Source of the DNA: Octopus vulgaris
Lineage: Eukaryota
Reading direction: 5' to 3'
Assembly: GCA_951406725.2 (NCBI GenBank)
Contig: OX597836.1
Location: 32,984,001 to 33,048,000 of the forward strand
DNA length: 64,000 nt
Positions within the stretch are counted from its first letter, which is position 1, and each line of letters opens with the position of its first letter. Below are positions 25,943 to 40,310 of this stretch, one piece after another. Below the pieces are notes generated by a model, which was not told the DNA's origin, made no database searches, and worked only from the letters and a program-made list of their open reading frames with translations. Made by a program: the position numbers and the translations under genes.

Positions 25943-26994
25943 ACATCTTCACGACCAGAAATGGTAATAACACTAGCACTGCCACCATCACCACCACCAC
26001 CGCTACCACCAATAGTAATAGCAGCAGCAACAGCAGCAAGAAGACCATTAATATCTATCGTCTCTGGTAACGATGCTGTTTCCATTGCCACTGGCAATGA
26101 CATCCGCACCGTCATCATCATCATCATCATCATCAACAGAAACTATACTACCATCAACAGCACATCGCCAACAATGCCATATCACAATCATCATCCCCAA
26201 CACCATCACCACCACCACCACCACCAAAACCCGTCATTGCCACCACTACATCCATCACCACTACAATCATCACCACTACTACTACTACCACTACATCAAC
26301 CCCACCACCAACACCACCACCACCACCACCATCATCACTGGCATTGCCTCCACCACCAACACCACCAAAACCTTCACTACCATAACAATGACCATCACTA
26401 TTAACACCACCACCACCACCATCAGCAGCAGCACCACCATTATCATCACTAGCTACAGAACTGCTACTACCACCACCGTGCCAACACCACCAACACCAGG
26501 ACATCTCCACCACCACCAACATACCACCATCTCCGCCACCAACAACACACACTCGTCATCACCAACACTACCGCCACCACCACCACCACTGAATTAACAC
26601 TATCACTGCAACTACCAACAACAACAACAATGACACTGCCATCTTTGCCACCACCACCACCACCACCACCATCACCACCACCACCACCACTGCTACCACC
26701 ATTACCAATGCCATCTCTCAATCAACAGCAATCATCATTGATTCGCCAGTGGCAATAGCCATGTGTTATCCTTTTTCCGTTGTGCACAGTGTTCCCCATT
26801 GTGTTGTAAATCTACGATATCACACAGGCTTAATGACTATATCTGACGAAACTATACAATATGATACTCGGCAACTGCAACAACAACAATAGCAACAGCA
26901 AAACAACAAGACCGGCAATAATCCTATAAAAACTTGATGATACTATCAACCAAATACAGTTATCTATTTAATATATACCTACGTATACACTTAC

Positions 26995-27029
<35 letters not shown>

Positions 27030-27078
27030 CATACATACATACACACATACATGCATGTGTGTGTGTATAGATAGATAA

Positions 27079-27166
<88 letters not shown>

Positions 27167-27254
27167 GTAGGTAGATAGACAAACAGACAGACAGATAGAT
27201 AGATATAATATATATACATACATATATACATACATACATGTGTGTGGATGGGTG

Positions 27255-27285
<31 letters not shown>

Positions 27286-27303
27286 ATATATATATATAGA
27301 TAG

Positions 27304-27335
<32 letters not shown>

Positions 27336-27899
27336 AATATATACATACATATATACATACATTCATATATACATACATACATGTTTGAGTGGGTGTGTGT
27401 ATATATATAGAGAGAGATGGATAGATAGATAAATAGATATACTATATATACATACATGTGTGTATGTATATATATGTGTGTGTGTGTGTGTAGATATAAT
27501 ATATATACATATATATATAAAGTATGGGTGTTTAGTTCACAAGGGATCTAAAAGATTAGGTACACTAGGTAAGTGCTGTAACAGATTACTAGGGCTCCAA
27601 GGTTACAGCCGAGATGTAGATTCCCATATATATATATATATATATATGAAGATAAGAACATACACATACATGTAGACATATAAACACAGCTACATATACC
27701 CACATGTACACATGCTAACTATACATGTTAATCAATACGTATATACAGAGAGAGAGAGAGAGAGAGAAAGAGAGATGTGAAAACATGCCTACACATGTAC
27801 ATATACATATACATGTACAATGCACATTTTATGCTCCAGCATGACTGCAGTCTAATAACTGAAACAAGTAAAAGATATATACAATAAAATTTTTGATCT

Positions 27900-28300
27900 G
27901 TACAACATATTCATTTAGGAGAAACCCTTGTATTGAAAGGAACTGTATAGTGTGTTGAGTAAACTGCAAAACCAAGAATGCAGTCTATAGTATAAGATGT
28001 ACAGAGGGATGATGCAGAAACAGGACAATGATATATATATTGAAGAGACAGCCTGTAGCATAGGTGAGAGGATAAATGAACACTGATGGGATCTCAAAGA
28101 TAAGAAAAGCTTGTCAGTGCTATACCAACATGCTAAACTGGAGCATAAGGCTAAAACATAGATCTTATCAATTCATAGAACAGACACAATACTCAGACAG
28201 ATTACAGAGGCCATACACATAACTGAAAATAAACTAATCTTCAAAAGAAAATGTGAATGGAATAATAGCACACCCTAACTCCACCACTCCTCACAATCTG
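27900..28300 (+). pseudogene. Penelope-like element GIY-YIG endonuclease remnant
   Basis: Degenerate translation CKTKNAVYSIRCTE...IYI.ETACSIGERINEH*WDLKDKKSLSVLYQHAKLEH fits the CxTxNxVYxIxCxxC...YIGETxRxxxxRxxEH pattern; stops and frameshifts present. Confidence 0.75.
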
Positions 28301-28764
28301 ATGACTAAGGGCAGAATGAAAAACATAAATAAATAATGACACAGATAAAAACTGTAATATATGAACCTATATTTGAACACATGACACATATACATACCTA
28401 ATACATAGACACACACACACACAGAGGTATAGATGTAAATGCATGTGCAGATAGGGTTACATACCACAGAAAGACAATGGAATAGACAGGACAAGACTAG
28501 AAAGGAGTAGGGACATGAGGAGCAGTAAGTCACTGAAGGGGTCACAGAATGTGAAGAAAAAAACTCTGATAATAATGCTAAAGTGAAGATCAAACAAACA
28601 GTGATTGTGTTAATTGGCAAAAAAGAAAAGAAATGAAAAGATAGAAAATGACCATCCCTAAATATATCTGTTTCAACATAGGATTTCACATGAGGAATTT
28701 TGTAATACAAATGCATAAACATAACAAGCTTTTCCTATTTTCGCTGAGCAGAAACCTAAATAAC

Positions 28765-29178
28765 TCTCTTTACTCTTTACTCTTTTACTTGTTTCAGTCA
28801 TTTGACTGCGGCCATGCTGGAGCACCGCCTTTAGTCGAGCAAATCAACCCCGGGACTTATTCTTTGTAAGCCCAATACTTATTCTATCGGTCTCTTTTGC
28901 CGAACTGCTAAGTGACGGGGACGTAAACACACCAGCATCGGTTGTCAAGCAATACTAGGGGGACAAACACAGACACACAAACATATACACACACACTTAT
29001 ATATATATACATATATACAACAGGCTTCTTTCAGTTTCCGTCTACCAAATCCACTCACAAGGCATTGGTTGGCCTGGGGCTATAGCAGAAGACACTTGCC
29101 CAAGATGCCACGCAGTGGGACTGAACCCGGAACCATGTGGTTGGTTAGCAAGCTACTTACCACACAGCCACTCCTGCG
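28765..29178 (-). mobile_element. SINE family A, full-length, same subfamily as 20852-21273
   Basis: The reverse complement shares diagnostic variants (gctaaccaacc, ggcatcttggg, ccaatgcc, gtcacttagc, gggcttac). Confidence 0.9.
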
Positions 29179-29656
29179 TTTGCTTGTGTTTTTTTTTTCA
29201 CCTCATCTTCATGTTTTTTTTTAAATTCTTGCTCCATGTGTGTGTGTGTGCAATTTATAAAACACAGTTGTTTTTTTCTTTAATCCTGTCTCAAAATACC
29301 ACCCTGAATACTATATACAAGCTGAGGCTTTCCATAAACTAATTTCATACCAAACACCCATTTTCTCCTGAATATACACAGCTGAAGTTGGGGGTCCATC
29401 TAATGCGCCCATGTGTCTTTTATACTATCAAATCTTGTACTCACAAACATATTCTAACCTCAGAGCTAAAGACCAGCTCTATATCTTCCCTCAGCATTTC
29501 TTCTGCTACTGCCATGGCTTCTACTACTAGAAGCAAACTGGTTTCATACTCTCTATATTAAAGCACTTCAGACTCACACATCTTAACTCCTCTAGGCTCT
29601 CATATTCTTTTAATATTTATTCCTCTAGCCCCACACTAGCTCCAATTCATAGTCCA

Positions 29657-30180
29657 TACATCTGCAGCTACCTTATGACCTCCACATCTGCAGCCATATT
29701 TATGACCTTCATCATCTGCAGCCATATTTATGACCTTCAATATCTATAGCCATCTTATGACATTCAATATCTGCAGACATTTTCATGACCTTCACATCTG
29801 CAGCCATATTTATGACCTTCAATATCTGCAGCCATATTTATGACCCCTGACATCTGCAGCCATATTTATGACCTTCAATATCTGCAGCCATATTTATGAC
29901 CTTCATCATCTGCAGCCATATTTATGACCTTCAGTGTCCGCAGCCATCTTATGACATTCAACATCTGCAGCCATATTCATCATCTGCAGCCATATTTATG
30001 ACCCCTAACATCTGCGGCCATACTTATGACCTTCAGTATCTGCAGCCATATTTATGACCTTCACATCTACAGCCATATTTATGACCTTCGACATCTGCAA
30101 CCATATTTATGACCTTCAACATCTGCAACCGTATTTATGACCTCTGACATCTGCAGCCATCTTTATGACCTTCGACATCA
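29657..30180. repeat. Minisatellite, unit about 28-31 bp (ATCTGCAGCCATATTTATGACCTTCA[A/C])
   Basis: About 19 head-to-tail units by hand count, with no unique spacers. Confidence 0.92.
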
Positions 30181-30680
30181 TCAAAGAACCAATCCTAATC
30201 AGTCTGGCTATACTCTTCATCCTTTCAATTACTGAATACAATACCTGGCTCATGAGTCCTCCATTTGGAGGATTTTCCTAAATCATCATTTCACCCTTGT
30301 ACACCAATACATCATGAGAGTTCACCCATTTACAAGTGAGCAGACTGGAGTATCATGAAACGAAATGTTTTGCTCAAGAACACATCACACAGCCGGTCTG
30401 GGAATCAGAACAACAATCTTGTGATCATAAGTGCAACGCACTGTCGCCTTGGCCACAGGCCTTCAACTTGCAAGGAATTAAGCAGAATGTAAATACCACC
30501 ATCTTCAACAGTCTTAAAGAGTCTGACAAAGCAACAGGCTCAGCTCCTTCCTCAAAACCAAACCTACAGAAATAAATAGAAACAGTCATGACAGTTTTTT
30601 TATTTTTTGGTTTAGTATTGTTTTGTTTTTTGTTCTCTTATTTTTTTTTGCTTTTGTTTTAAAGAAGAAACTTACTGAAT

Positions 30681-30725
<45 letters not shown>

Positions 30726-30982
30726 TTTTCTCTCTTGATTCCATAATTGACCTCAGCAATTTGGGTCGTATTTTTCTCTGGTATTTTCTATGGAAATATT
30801 ATCCACATAAATATATTTCTCTCTCTCTCTCTCTCTTTCTCTCTTTCTCTCCCTTTATCTCTCTCTCCCTCTTTTTCTTTCTCTCTCTCTCTCTTTCTCT
30901 TCCTTTATCTCTCTCTCTCTTTTTCTTTCTCTCTCCCTCTCTCATGCTCACACACTCACACACTGACCAACAAATAATAACA

Positions 30983-31014
<32 letters not shown>

Positions 31015-32282
31015 TGTTTCTAACTTAACATCAACAATAATCACCAACAACAATCATAATAATAATAATAATAATAATGATGATGTCGATGCTGCTGATG
31101 ATGATGATAATTGTTTTATAATAATAATAATAATAATAATAATAGTAATAATAATAATAATAATAATAATAGCAACAACAGCAACAACAACAATAATAAT
31201 AATAATAATGATAGTAATAATAATAATAATAATTATAATAACCACAAGAAGAATGGTGATGCTGATGCTGATAATGATGATGTCAATGATGATGCTGCTG
31301 ATGATGATGATGATGGCAATAATGGGAAAAACACAAACGGTAAATAAAAAGACAAGACAAATAGGTAATTCAGTTATTCCGAAACAACCGAAAGTAGCGA
31401 GAAATATTAGAAAACCGTCAAAGTTCCTTGCATTGAATATAAGAGGAAAAAGAAGAAGAAGAAAAAAGAAGAGCAACAACAACAATAACAACAATGGCAA
31501 GAAAGTGGTGAGGAGTGGTGGTGGTGGTGGTGGTGGTGGTTGCAGTGGTGGTGGTGGCGGTGGTGGTGGAGAGCAAAACAGAATTGCAAAGATCTTGCGT
31601 TCGGTGCCGTAACTTGATATTCACATTAATGACAGCACAACTTATGAATTACACAATAAAAGGCCAATTTTGACTTTGCACAACTTTAGTAAAAACTTTC
31701 CAAACACTTTTGTATGGAAATGTCATCTTTGTTTCTCTTTTCTTTTTTCTTTTTTTTTTTTGTGTACACTTTTTGTTTTATTTCTGTCATTAGATTACGG
31801 GGAGTTCAGCTGTTTCGGGGCACTGCGTTGAAGGGGGGGTGGGGGTGGATAAGTTAATTGTGTTGACCCCCCCATCCCAGTAGTACTTATTTTTAAGACT
31901 GGTACTTATTTTATCGGTCTTTGTTTATTGCACCTCTAAGTGACAGGACTTGAATACAAGTATCATTGTTGCAAAGAAAGACATGTACAAGCACACAAAC
32001 CGTCCAACCCATGCCAGCATGGACAACGAACGTTTAATGATGATGATGATGATGATGATGATATATAGACATACCTTTTATCTTTCACTTGTTTCAGTCA
32101 TTTGACTGTGGCCATGCTGGGGCACTGCCTTCAAGGATTTTTAGTCAAGCGAATCAACCCTAGGAGCTTTTCTGCTTTCAAAACCTGCTACTTGTTCTAT
32201 TGGTTCCTCTTGCCAAACCACTAAGTTACAGGGATGCAAACACACCAACACCGGCTGTCAAGTGGTGATGGGGGAACTAACT

Positions 32283-32326
<44 letters not shown>

Positions 32327-32714
32327 TATATTAAGAAAAAGGAGGTAGTCTTAATTTTGGTGGTGGTGGTGGTGGTGGTGGTGGTGGTTTTCGCAGTGAC
32401 AGTTTTGGCAGTGGCGGTTTTGGCAGTGGCAGCAGTAATGGTGGTGGGGGTGGTGATAGTGGTGGGGGTGGTGATAGTGGTGGGGGTGGTGATAGTGGTG
32501 GTGACAACGGTGCTGGTGCTAATGGTAAAGGTCATTGTGGTGCTGATGGTTGTGACAGCAACAGCAGTGGTGTTGGTGACAGTGCTGTTGTTGCTGGCAG
32601 TGGTGGTGGTGGTGACGGTGGTGGTGGTGGTGACGGTGGTGGTGGTGGTGGTGGTGGTGGTGGTGGCGGTAGCAGTGGCAGTAGTGATGGCCCCAAGTGA
32701 AGATGGCGATGATT

Positions 32715-32757
<43 letters not shown>

Positions 32758-33659
32758 CAGCAGCAGTTATCAAACAACCATTCCTATTCATCATGAATTA
32801 CATCGTAAATAATTTAGCTTTTTCCAGAAGTGCTTGCCCCACCTACCTCTACCCCACTCACCACCACAACCCACTCCCCTACGTACACACACACACACAC
32901 AAACACATATGCATGAGCATGCACACACACGCACGCACATACACACACACATATACACACACACATACACACACAAATATATTGCATATTGAACTACCTT
33001 TAAACTTTTTTTTTATTCTGTTATGCAAATTTTGTATCATAAGAGTGGAGGGCACGGTTGGGGCAGGGCTGTTGGAGGATGGGTCAGAGACATTTTCTTT
33101 CGGCTATATTGAGTTTCTTAACATATTCGTCCTCCTCTCCAGATAGTTTTAAATTACAACCGATTCTTTTTCAATTCCTAACCAATTTCTCCTTCCAGAT
33201 TATGGAAGAAATGCATCTGTTTGTTTATTATTATTATCATTATTATTATTATCATCATCATCATTATTATTATTACTATCATTATTACTGTCGCTGTTGT
33301 TGTTATTGTTTTTGATGATGATATCGATGTTATTATGGTGGGGGGTGGCGAAAAGCATTATTGTACAACATTGTCTCACAATGTGTTGTCTAACCAAAAA
33401 GCGAATTCCTCAGAAGAATCAGTAACTTTGTTGTTAACGAATAAATAATGTAGGAATATTCCAAGACATTTATGAATACATAAGCTTTCTCTCTCTTTCT
33501 TTCTCTTTCTCTCTCTTTCTCCACTCCATCGCCTGATTTGCTACTCCTTACTCCATCTAGCAATCTCTCTCTGTTCCTCCTCCTCTTTCTCTCTCTCTCG
33601 ATATATATATATATATATATATAGTTGATGATGATGATGAATCCAAACATGAAAACACA

Positions 33660-33850
33660 AAGAGAAAGCACAACAACCCGAGGACGTGGAACAATTATAG
33701 TGTTATTGGATGCTCAGGAAAGGAAAGAAAGAAGGAGGATTTAACGTCTTGAGCGGAGCTCTTTGTCAGAAACATAGAAAAAAGAAAGGTCCAAGGAAGG
33801 GAAGATGTAGAAAGAAAATCACCAACGATACACACGTGGTCACATATTGA
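33660..33850 (-). mobile_element. Related Penelope-like terminal-repeat remnant with a decayed minimal hammerhead
   Basis: Minus strand TTT-CTGACAA-AGAGC-TCC-GCTC-AAGAC-GTT-AAA followed by ttcctgagc, as in the 58.8 kb copy. Confidence 0.45.
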
Positions 33851-34164
33851 ATATATATATATATATATATATGCACTTATACATACATACATATGTATGT
33901 TTGTGTGTGTGTGTGTGAATGCGTGTGCATCGCTTTGTGTTTGTGTGTGTGTTTATAGCCTTGTATGGGCTTGGTTTCTGCAGCTGGATCCCCTTCCTAA
34001 TGCCAACCACTCTACAGTGTGTGCTGGTGTGCTTCTAGCATGGCACTGGCACAAATGTTTTTATGTGGCACCAGCATGAATGCTTTTTATGTGACGCCAG
34101 TACAGGACTCTTCCATGTCAATCCCCTTCACCAGGGGGAATGGCCTTACCGCTTCTGCTGTGGA

Positions 34165-34345
34165 GGAGACAGATCTTCTTGAGTACAGGAAGATGCTAGA
34201 TGTCTCAGTCCTTTGTCATCTCATTTGAAAGGTTCGGTGTCTTGAGGTCGTGTCTCTCTGTACTTGATTCCACATCTTCCTGGGTCTCCATCTTCCATGA
34301 GCTCCCTCCACTTTGAGCGATCAACACTTCTTTATGTAGCTGTCA
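34165..34345 (-). pseudogene. RTE LINE C-terminal fragment
   Basis: Minus strand DSYIKKC*SLKVEGAHGRWRPRKMWNQV resembles the VEGxRxRGRPRKTW motif. Confidence 0.6.
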
Positions 34346-36709
34346 ACATATAACTGTCACTCTTTCTATTTTCCTCCCCCTCTACCATCTCATTTATTAC
34401 TCACCTATTTACACCACCACCCACGGCTCTCTCTCTCTAAAACTATCTACCTTTCTACTTCATTTTCACTATTTTCACTACCACACACCATACTCGTTTC
34501 TCAGGTCCTCTGCAAATCACTCTTCACGTGTATTCATATTCCATCATATATTGGTTAAAATAATTGAAATAATTCAATTTAGTAGTTTCTAATTACACTG
34601 TTTAATATTAAAGGCATCTACTGCTAATAACTATAGGCATTTCATATACTAGACTCTAATAGAATCAAAACTACAAACTTGTCAGGTTTCCTTATCATTG
34701 ATTGAACACTGTTGTTGCAGATAAGCAATTAGGAAAATGATAATAACAGGTGGTTGTTGCAGTAATTTTGATAATTGAATTATTATTTGGAGATATGCTG
34801 TGCTTGAGGCAAGTGAAATCACTGTCGTGGCCAATGACAGTACCACACACGATGGACTTCTTTCAGTTTTTGTCTACCAAATCCACTCATGAGGCCCAAT
34901 ATCATAATAGATGAAACTTACCCATGTTGCTACATCGTGGAATTGAACCGAGAACCATGTGGTTGAGAAGCAAACTTCTTACCACACAGCCATGCTGAAG
35001 GAGACATTTTTATACGTTGTTTTATTATTTCCTTTTTGTGTGTGTGTGTGTGTTTTGTTTTCTTTTAGCAGTGTGTTACCATTCTATTGACTCGTCTCTT
35101 ACCAGGAACTCTCACACTGTCATTAGTCTCCCAAGTGAAATGAAGCATTTCCAATGATGGTTAATATTCTGTGATTAATTATTATACTGCTAATGGTTTT
35201 CGGTTCCGTGCCAAGTCCAGGTCATATATTGTCCAAGCAACGCACAGAAGGGGGATAGTGTGGGTGGGGGGTGAGAAAAGAAAAGAAAGTATTAGCGTGT
35301 GTGTGTGTGTATTTTGAGTGTGACTGTTATTTTGTATACAAGTGCGTGTGTGTTTTGGTGCTTGTGTACATGTGTGTATTTTGGTGTGTGTGTGTGTATG
35401 TATGTACATGTATGTTTTGGTGTGTGTGTGTGTAGGAGAGAGAGACTGCAGTAACAGAGTGAGTGGGGGAAGAGAAGGCTAAGCGTCGTCATCGCCATCA
35501 TCATCACCATCATTAGCATCATCATCATCACCATCATCATCGTCATCATCATTTAACATCTGTTTTCCGTGCTGGCATGGGTTGGAAGATTTGATAGGAA
35601 CTGGCAGGTCAGAAGACTGTACCCAGCTTTGTTGCCTACTTTGCCATGGTTTCAACAGTTTAATACCCTTCCTAATGCCAAACTACTTTATAGACTGTTA
35701 CTGGGTACTTTTCATGTGGCACCAACACCAGTGAGGTCTCCAAGTGACTTGCAAGAGAAAGACCCCTCAACTAAGAGGAGGTGTAGTATAGAAAAAGGAG
35801 GCTTTGCAGCAGATGGTTAGAGGTTAATAATGTATGATAGAGGAGATAGAAATAAGTGTCTTACTGTAGAGGAGATACATAACTACCCCAGTCAGAAAAG
35901 AAAGGAGAGAGGAAAGAGAGAAGAGTGGAAAGAGAGAGAGAGAGAGAAGCAGAGAGAGAGCGATGCCAGAAATTTTCTAAAAAAAATATGGTTATAATAG
36001 ATTCAAAAAAATTCACACAATACACCTTTTCTTTTTCCTTTTTTACGTTATCCAACATATTCTATATTTCTATATTTTGTCTGTGTAAGGCGGCAAGCTG
36101 GAAGAAATGTTAGCATGCCAGGTGAAATGCTTACTGGTATTTCATCTGTCTTTATGTTCTGAGTTCAAATTCTGCCAAGGTTGACTTTGCCTTTCATCCT
36201 TTCGGGGTCGATAAATTAAGTACCAGTTGTGTTCTAGGGTTGATCTAATCGACTGGCCCCCTCCTCAAAAATTCCAAGCCTTGTGCCTAGCATAGAAAAG
36301 TATATTGTCTGTGTTGATTAATTCTCATGAAATTAAAGAAATGACTCACTTCTATCAAGTAAAGAGTGATATTGAGGGAGGTGGCTTTGTGCTGGGTGGT
36401 AAGAGGTAAAAATATGATAGAGGGGACAGAAGCAGGCATCTTGCAGTAGAAAGGATGCATGGCAACCTCAGTTGGAAAAGGAAAGAAGAGAGAAGACTGA
36501 ACCTAGGAACCATGTGGTTAATATGCACCATGTGGTGCACATGTGTGATGCATGTACCTGGTGTACCCTTATCAGATGGGTAGTCATGAAGGGTATACTG
36601 GGCTTCGTATATTTCTAATGCGGTGTCACTTTGATGGCATGCACTGCTCTCTTACTCGAGAGAGAGAGGAGATAGTAAAGTTGATATGTTGGGGCATGCC
36701 CTCAAGTCA

Positions 36710-37222
36710 TGGAGGTGCGTGGCTTAGTGGTTAGGTTGTTGGACTCATGATCATAAGATTGTGGTTTCGATTCCCGGACTGGGCAATGCATTGTGTCCTT
36801 GAGCAAAACACTTCATTTCACATTGCTCCAGTCCACTCAGCTGGCAAAAAGGAGTCATCTTGTGATAGACCGCCATCTGTCCAGGTGGGGAATAATACAT
36901 ACACCATGAAAATTGGGAAACTGGCCCTTGTGAGGAGGCATGACTCAAGAAGTAACTTCACCTTTTTTTTTAGGGGAGGTGCATGGCTTAGTGGTTACAG
37001 CATTGGAGTCATGACCGTAAGATTGGTTTCAATTCCTGGTCCATGTGACACATTGCATTCTTGAGCAAAACACTTCATTTCATGTTGCTCCAGTCCACTC
37101 AGCTGGCAAAAGGGAGTAATCCTGCAACAGACTGGCGTACCATCCAGGAAGGAAATTCATAAGCCAAGGAAACCAGGAAACCAGCCCTTGTGAGTCAGCA
37201 TGATTCAAGAAGATAACTTTAC
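36710..37222 (+). mobile_element. Tandem pair of tRNA-derived SINEs (family F, head related to E)
   Basis: Two units of about 250 bp starting GGAGGTGC[GA]TGGCTTAGTGGTTA; a minus-strand fragment lies at about 30325-30465. Confidence 0.8.
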
Positions 37223-37540
37223 CCTTTTTCTTTTTTACCTTCAAGTTACAGGGTGCTGTATATAAATAAAATGGTATAGAGGATTGGAAATGGTATAGAG
37301 TGGGCAGAGAAAAGAGAGAGACAGAGACAGTCAGACAGAGGTACACTAAACAGTATAGTGTTTACACTCTTATTTTCTATAAGGGAAATTTCTTCTCTCA
37401 AGACAAGTTGAACAGTTTATTGTCCATCCATGTCAGAATGTACACAAATATGTTAAGTATGACTGTACATGGTTATATGTGACTCATTGCTGCTTAGTGT
37501 ACCTCTCAAAGTATACAGTATTATAGATCCATTTCAGCTG

Positions 37541-37613
37541 ATCTTACCAATCAGTTTCACACTGGATATCACATACCGGCATTGTTAAATAACGCCATGC
37601 GCTCTTCAGAGAT
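37541..37613 (-). ncRNA. Type I hammerhead ribozyme, intact core
   Basis: Minus strand reads AUCU-CUGAAGA-GCGCAUGG...CCAGUGU-GAAA-C-UGAUUG-G-UA-AGAU: stem I AUCU/AGAU, stem II GCGC(A)UGG/CCAGUGU, GUA triplet. Confidence 0.72.
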
Positions 37614-37787
37614 GTCATATATAGGAAAAATATTACAAACACTCTCTTTTATTGGAGATGAAAAATGTCGCACCCAGTTTGTAGTTACTGTTTAAAAACA
37701 TTAAAAAAAGCACCCAAAAATCAGATATGACAGTTTTAACCTTCAATAACAGAGAACAGTTGTTGCCATATTTTTTCCATATATTCC

Positions 37788-37861
37788 ATCTCTGAAGAAC
37801 ATGTGGTGTGACTTAAACCAGACTGTTATCTAATATCTAGTGTGAATCCAATTAGAAAGAT
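37788..37861 (+). ncRNA. Decayed inverted copy of the 37541-37613 hammerhead
   Basis: ATCT-CTGAAGA...CTAGTGT-GAAT-CCAATTAG-AA-AGAT. The downstream flank (aaatggatttataatagtgtac) is homologous to that of the minus-strand copy; GAAA and the cleavage triplet are mutated. Confidence 0.55.
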
Positions 37862-37921
37862 TGACTCAAATGGATTTATAATAGTGTACATTTTGATTAA
37901 TATATATGTATAAATAAACAA

Positions 37922-37952
<31 letters not shown>

Positions 37953-38374
37953 TGCATATATATATATATAGAGAGAGAGAGGCATGGCTGTGTGGGAAGA
38001 CGCTTGCTTCCCAACAACATGGTTCTAGGTTCAGTCCCACTGTGTGGCACATTGGGCAGGCCTCAGCCTGACCAAACGCTTCTGAGTTGATTTGGTAGAT
38101 GAAAACTAAATGAAACCTGTCATGTATATATCATCATCATCATCATTATTGTTTAACATCTGCCTTCCATGCTGGCATGAGTGGGATGGGTTGATAGACG
38201 CTGGCCAGGCAGAAGCCTGCACCAGACTTCTGTGAGGGTTTTGATAGAAATTTTATGGCTGGATGCCCTTCCTAACACTAACCACCATGTTGGTGTGTTT
38301 ACAGGGATATAAACACACCAACATCGGTTGTCAAGTAATGGTGGGAGAACAGACAAAGACATACAAACATATAC

Positions 38375-38423
<49 letters not shown>

Positions 38424-38571
38424 AGGCTCCTTTCAGTTTCCGTCTACCAAATCCACTCACAAGGCATTGGTTGGCCCAAGGCTATAGTTGAAGATAGTAG
38501 CCCAAGATGCTATGCAGTGGAATTGAACCTGGGACCAAGTGGTTGGGAAGCAAACTTCTTGCCCCCCCAAC

Positions 38572-38634
<63 letters not shown>

Positions 38635-39143
38635 TGGACGGACACACAAACAGATACGTACCCACAGAGGCAGACAGATAGATAGATAAGTAGATTAGAC
38701 AGATAAATACATTAATACGTAGATATACACACATACACACACAAATGCATACATACATATATCCATGCACAGGCACACATTTATGCACGCACACACACAC
38801 ACACGCACACACACACACACGCACACACACACACACATATGTGTGCACACATTCATATATAGACTCACATACATGCAAACAGACATAAATCAACACATAC
38901 AATCACACACACATTTAAATACATGTACTTTCACAGTTACATACAAACACACATATATATATATACATACACACATACACACGCATATACATGTATCCTT
39001 GCACACATATACACATACAGACAAACACAGAAAAACACACACCTACATATATTTATATACACACGCAATTAAACACGTGGGCCTGCTTACAAGTACAGAC
39101 ATAAACACACACACACCCATATAGAAACTTAGGTACAAACATG

Positions 39144-39175
<32 letters not shown>

Positions 39176-39424
39176 CACACACACAAACACATATACACAT
39201 GAGGGGAGTCCCTTGGGGTGTATCTTAATGTCAACCACCAGAAGACCTTTCATCATGGAGCAGCTGTGTGAAGAAGGAAGAGAGGGAAACAGACTGGGGG
39301 TGGGGAGTGGATTAAAGCCCCGTGGGTGAGGGGAGTAGATTTACATTTACTCAAAACAGAAGCACTCTTTCATATACATGTGTGTGTATGTATGTACATG
39401 TATATATGCATATATATATATACA

Positions 39425-39464
<40 letters not shown>

Positions 39465-39841
39465 CATATATATACATATATATATACATATATATATATA
39501 CATATATATATATACATGTTTAGCACATTATATATATATATATCTACACACACACACACACATATATATGTATGTATATATGTGTGTTATGTATGTATAT
39601 ATGTACACATGTATATGTATATAGGTATAAATAATGTATATTTAAATACATGCTTGCACACACACAGACACACACATACAGTTACACTAACACACACACA
39701 CATATATACATATACATATATCTATGAATGCATGTATACATGTGTATACATGAATACATACTGATATACTGAGATATATATACATATAAATTATAAGTGT
39801 GTGTACATTATATCTCTCTCTATATATATATCTATATATAT

Positions 39842-39888
<47 letters not shown>

Positions 39889-40259
39889 ACAGTTAAACAC
39901 TTGTTGATTTTCTGAGGTTTTTTTACCTCTTTTATCCTTAACTATATACACACACATATACACATGCTCACATATACACACATACGTACAAACAGACTCT
40001 TATATATGCATATATATATACACACTCCACTCTCTTTGATTGAGAGAAAAGGCATCTTTAGTTGGGTTCCCCTACCTCAAAAAACTAATTTTCCAGACCA
40101 GTAGACATAGCAATCAGGAACTGTACATCCTGCTGTTTGTTAGAAGTAGTAGTAGTAGTAGTAGTGGTGGTGGTGGTGGTGGTGGTGGTGGTAGTAGCGG
40201 TAATAGTTGTAATGGTAGTGGTGGTGGCAGTACTGATGGTGATGGTGGTGGTGGTGATG

Positions 40260-40310
<51 letters not shown>

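Noticed and set aside
29657-30180. CRISPR-like regular repeat
   Set aside because: Units are head-to-tail with no unique spacers, no cas genes, and a eukaryotic context; it is a minisatellite.
30623-31612. Longest ORF (329 aa)
   Set aside because: A concatenation of (CT)n, (AAT)n, (GAT)n and (GGT)n tracts.
40090-40140. TTTTCCAG|ACCAGTAGAC as the ferlin last exon (RPD...)
   Set aside because: The downstream translation lacks SFxWF/NP and the transmembrane segment.
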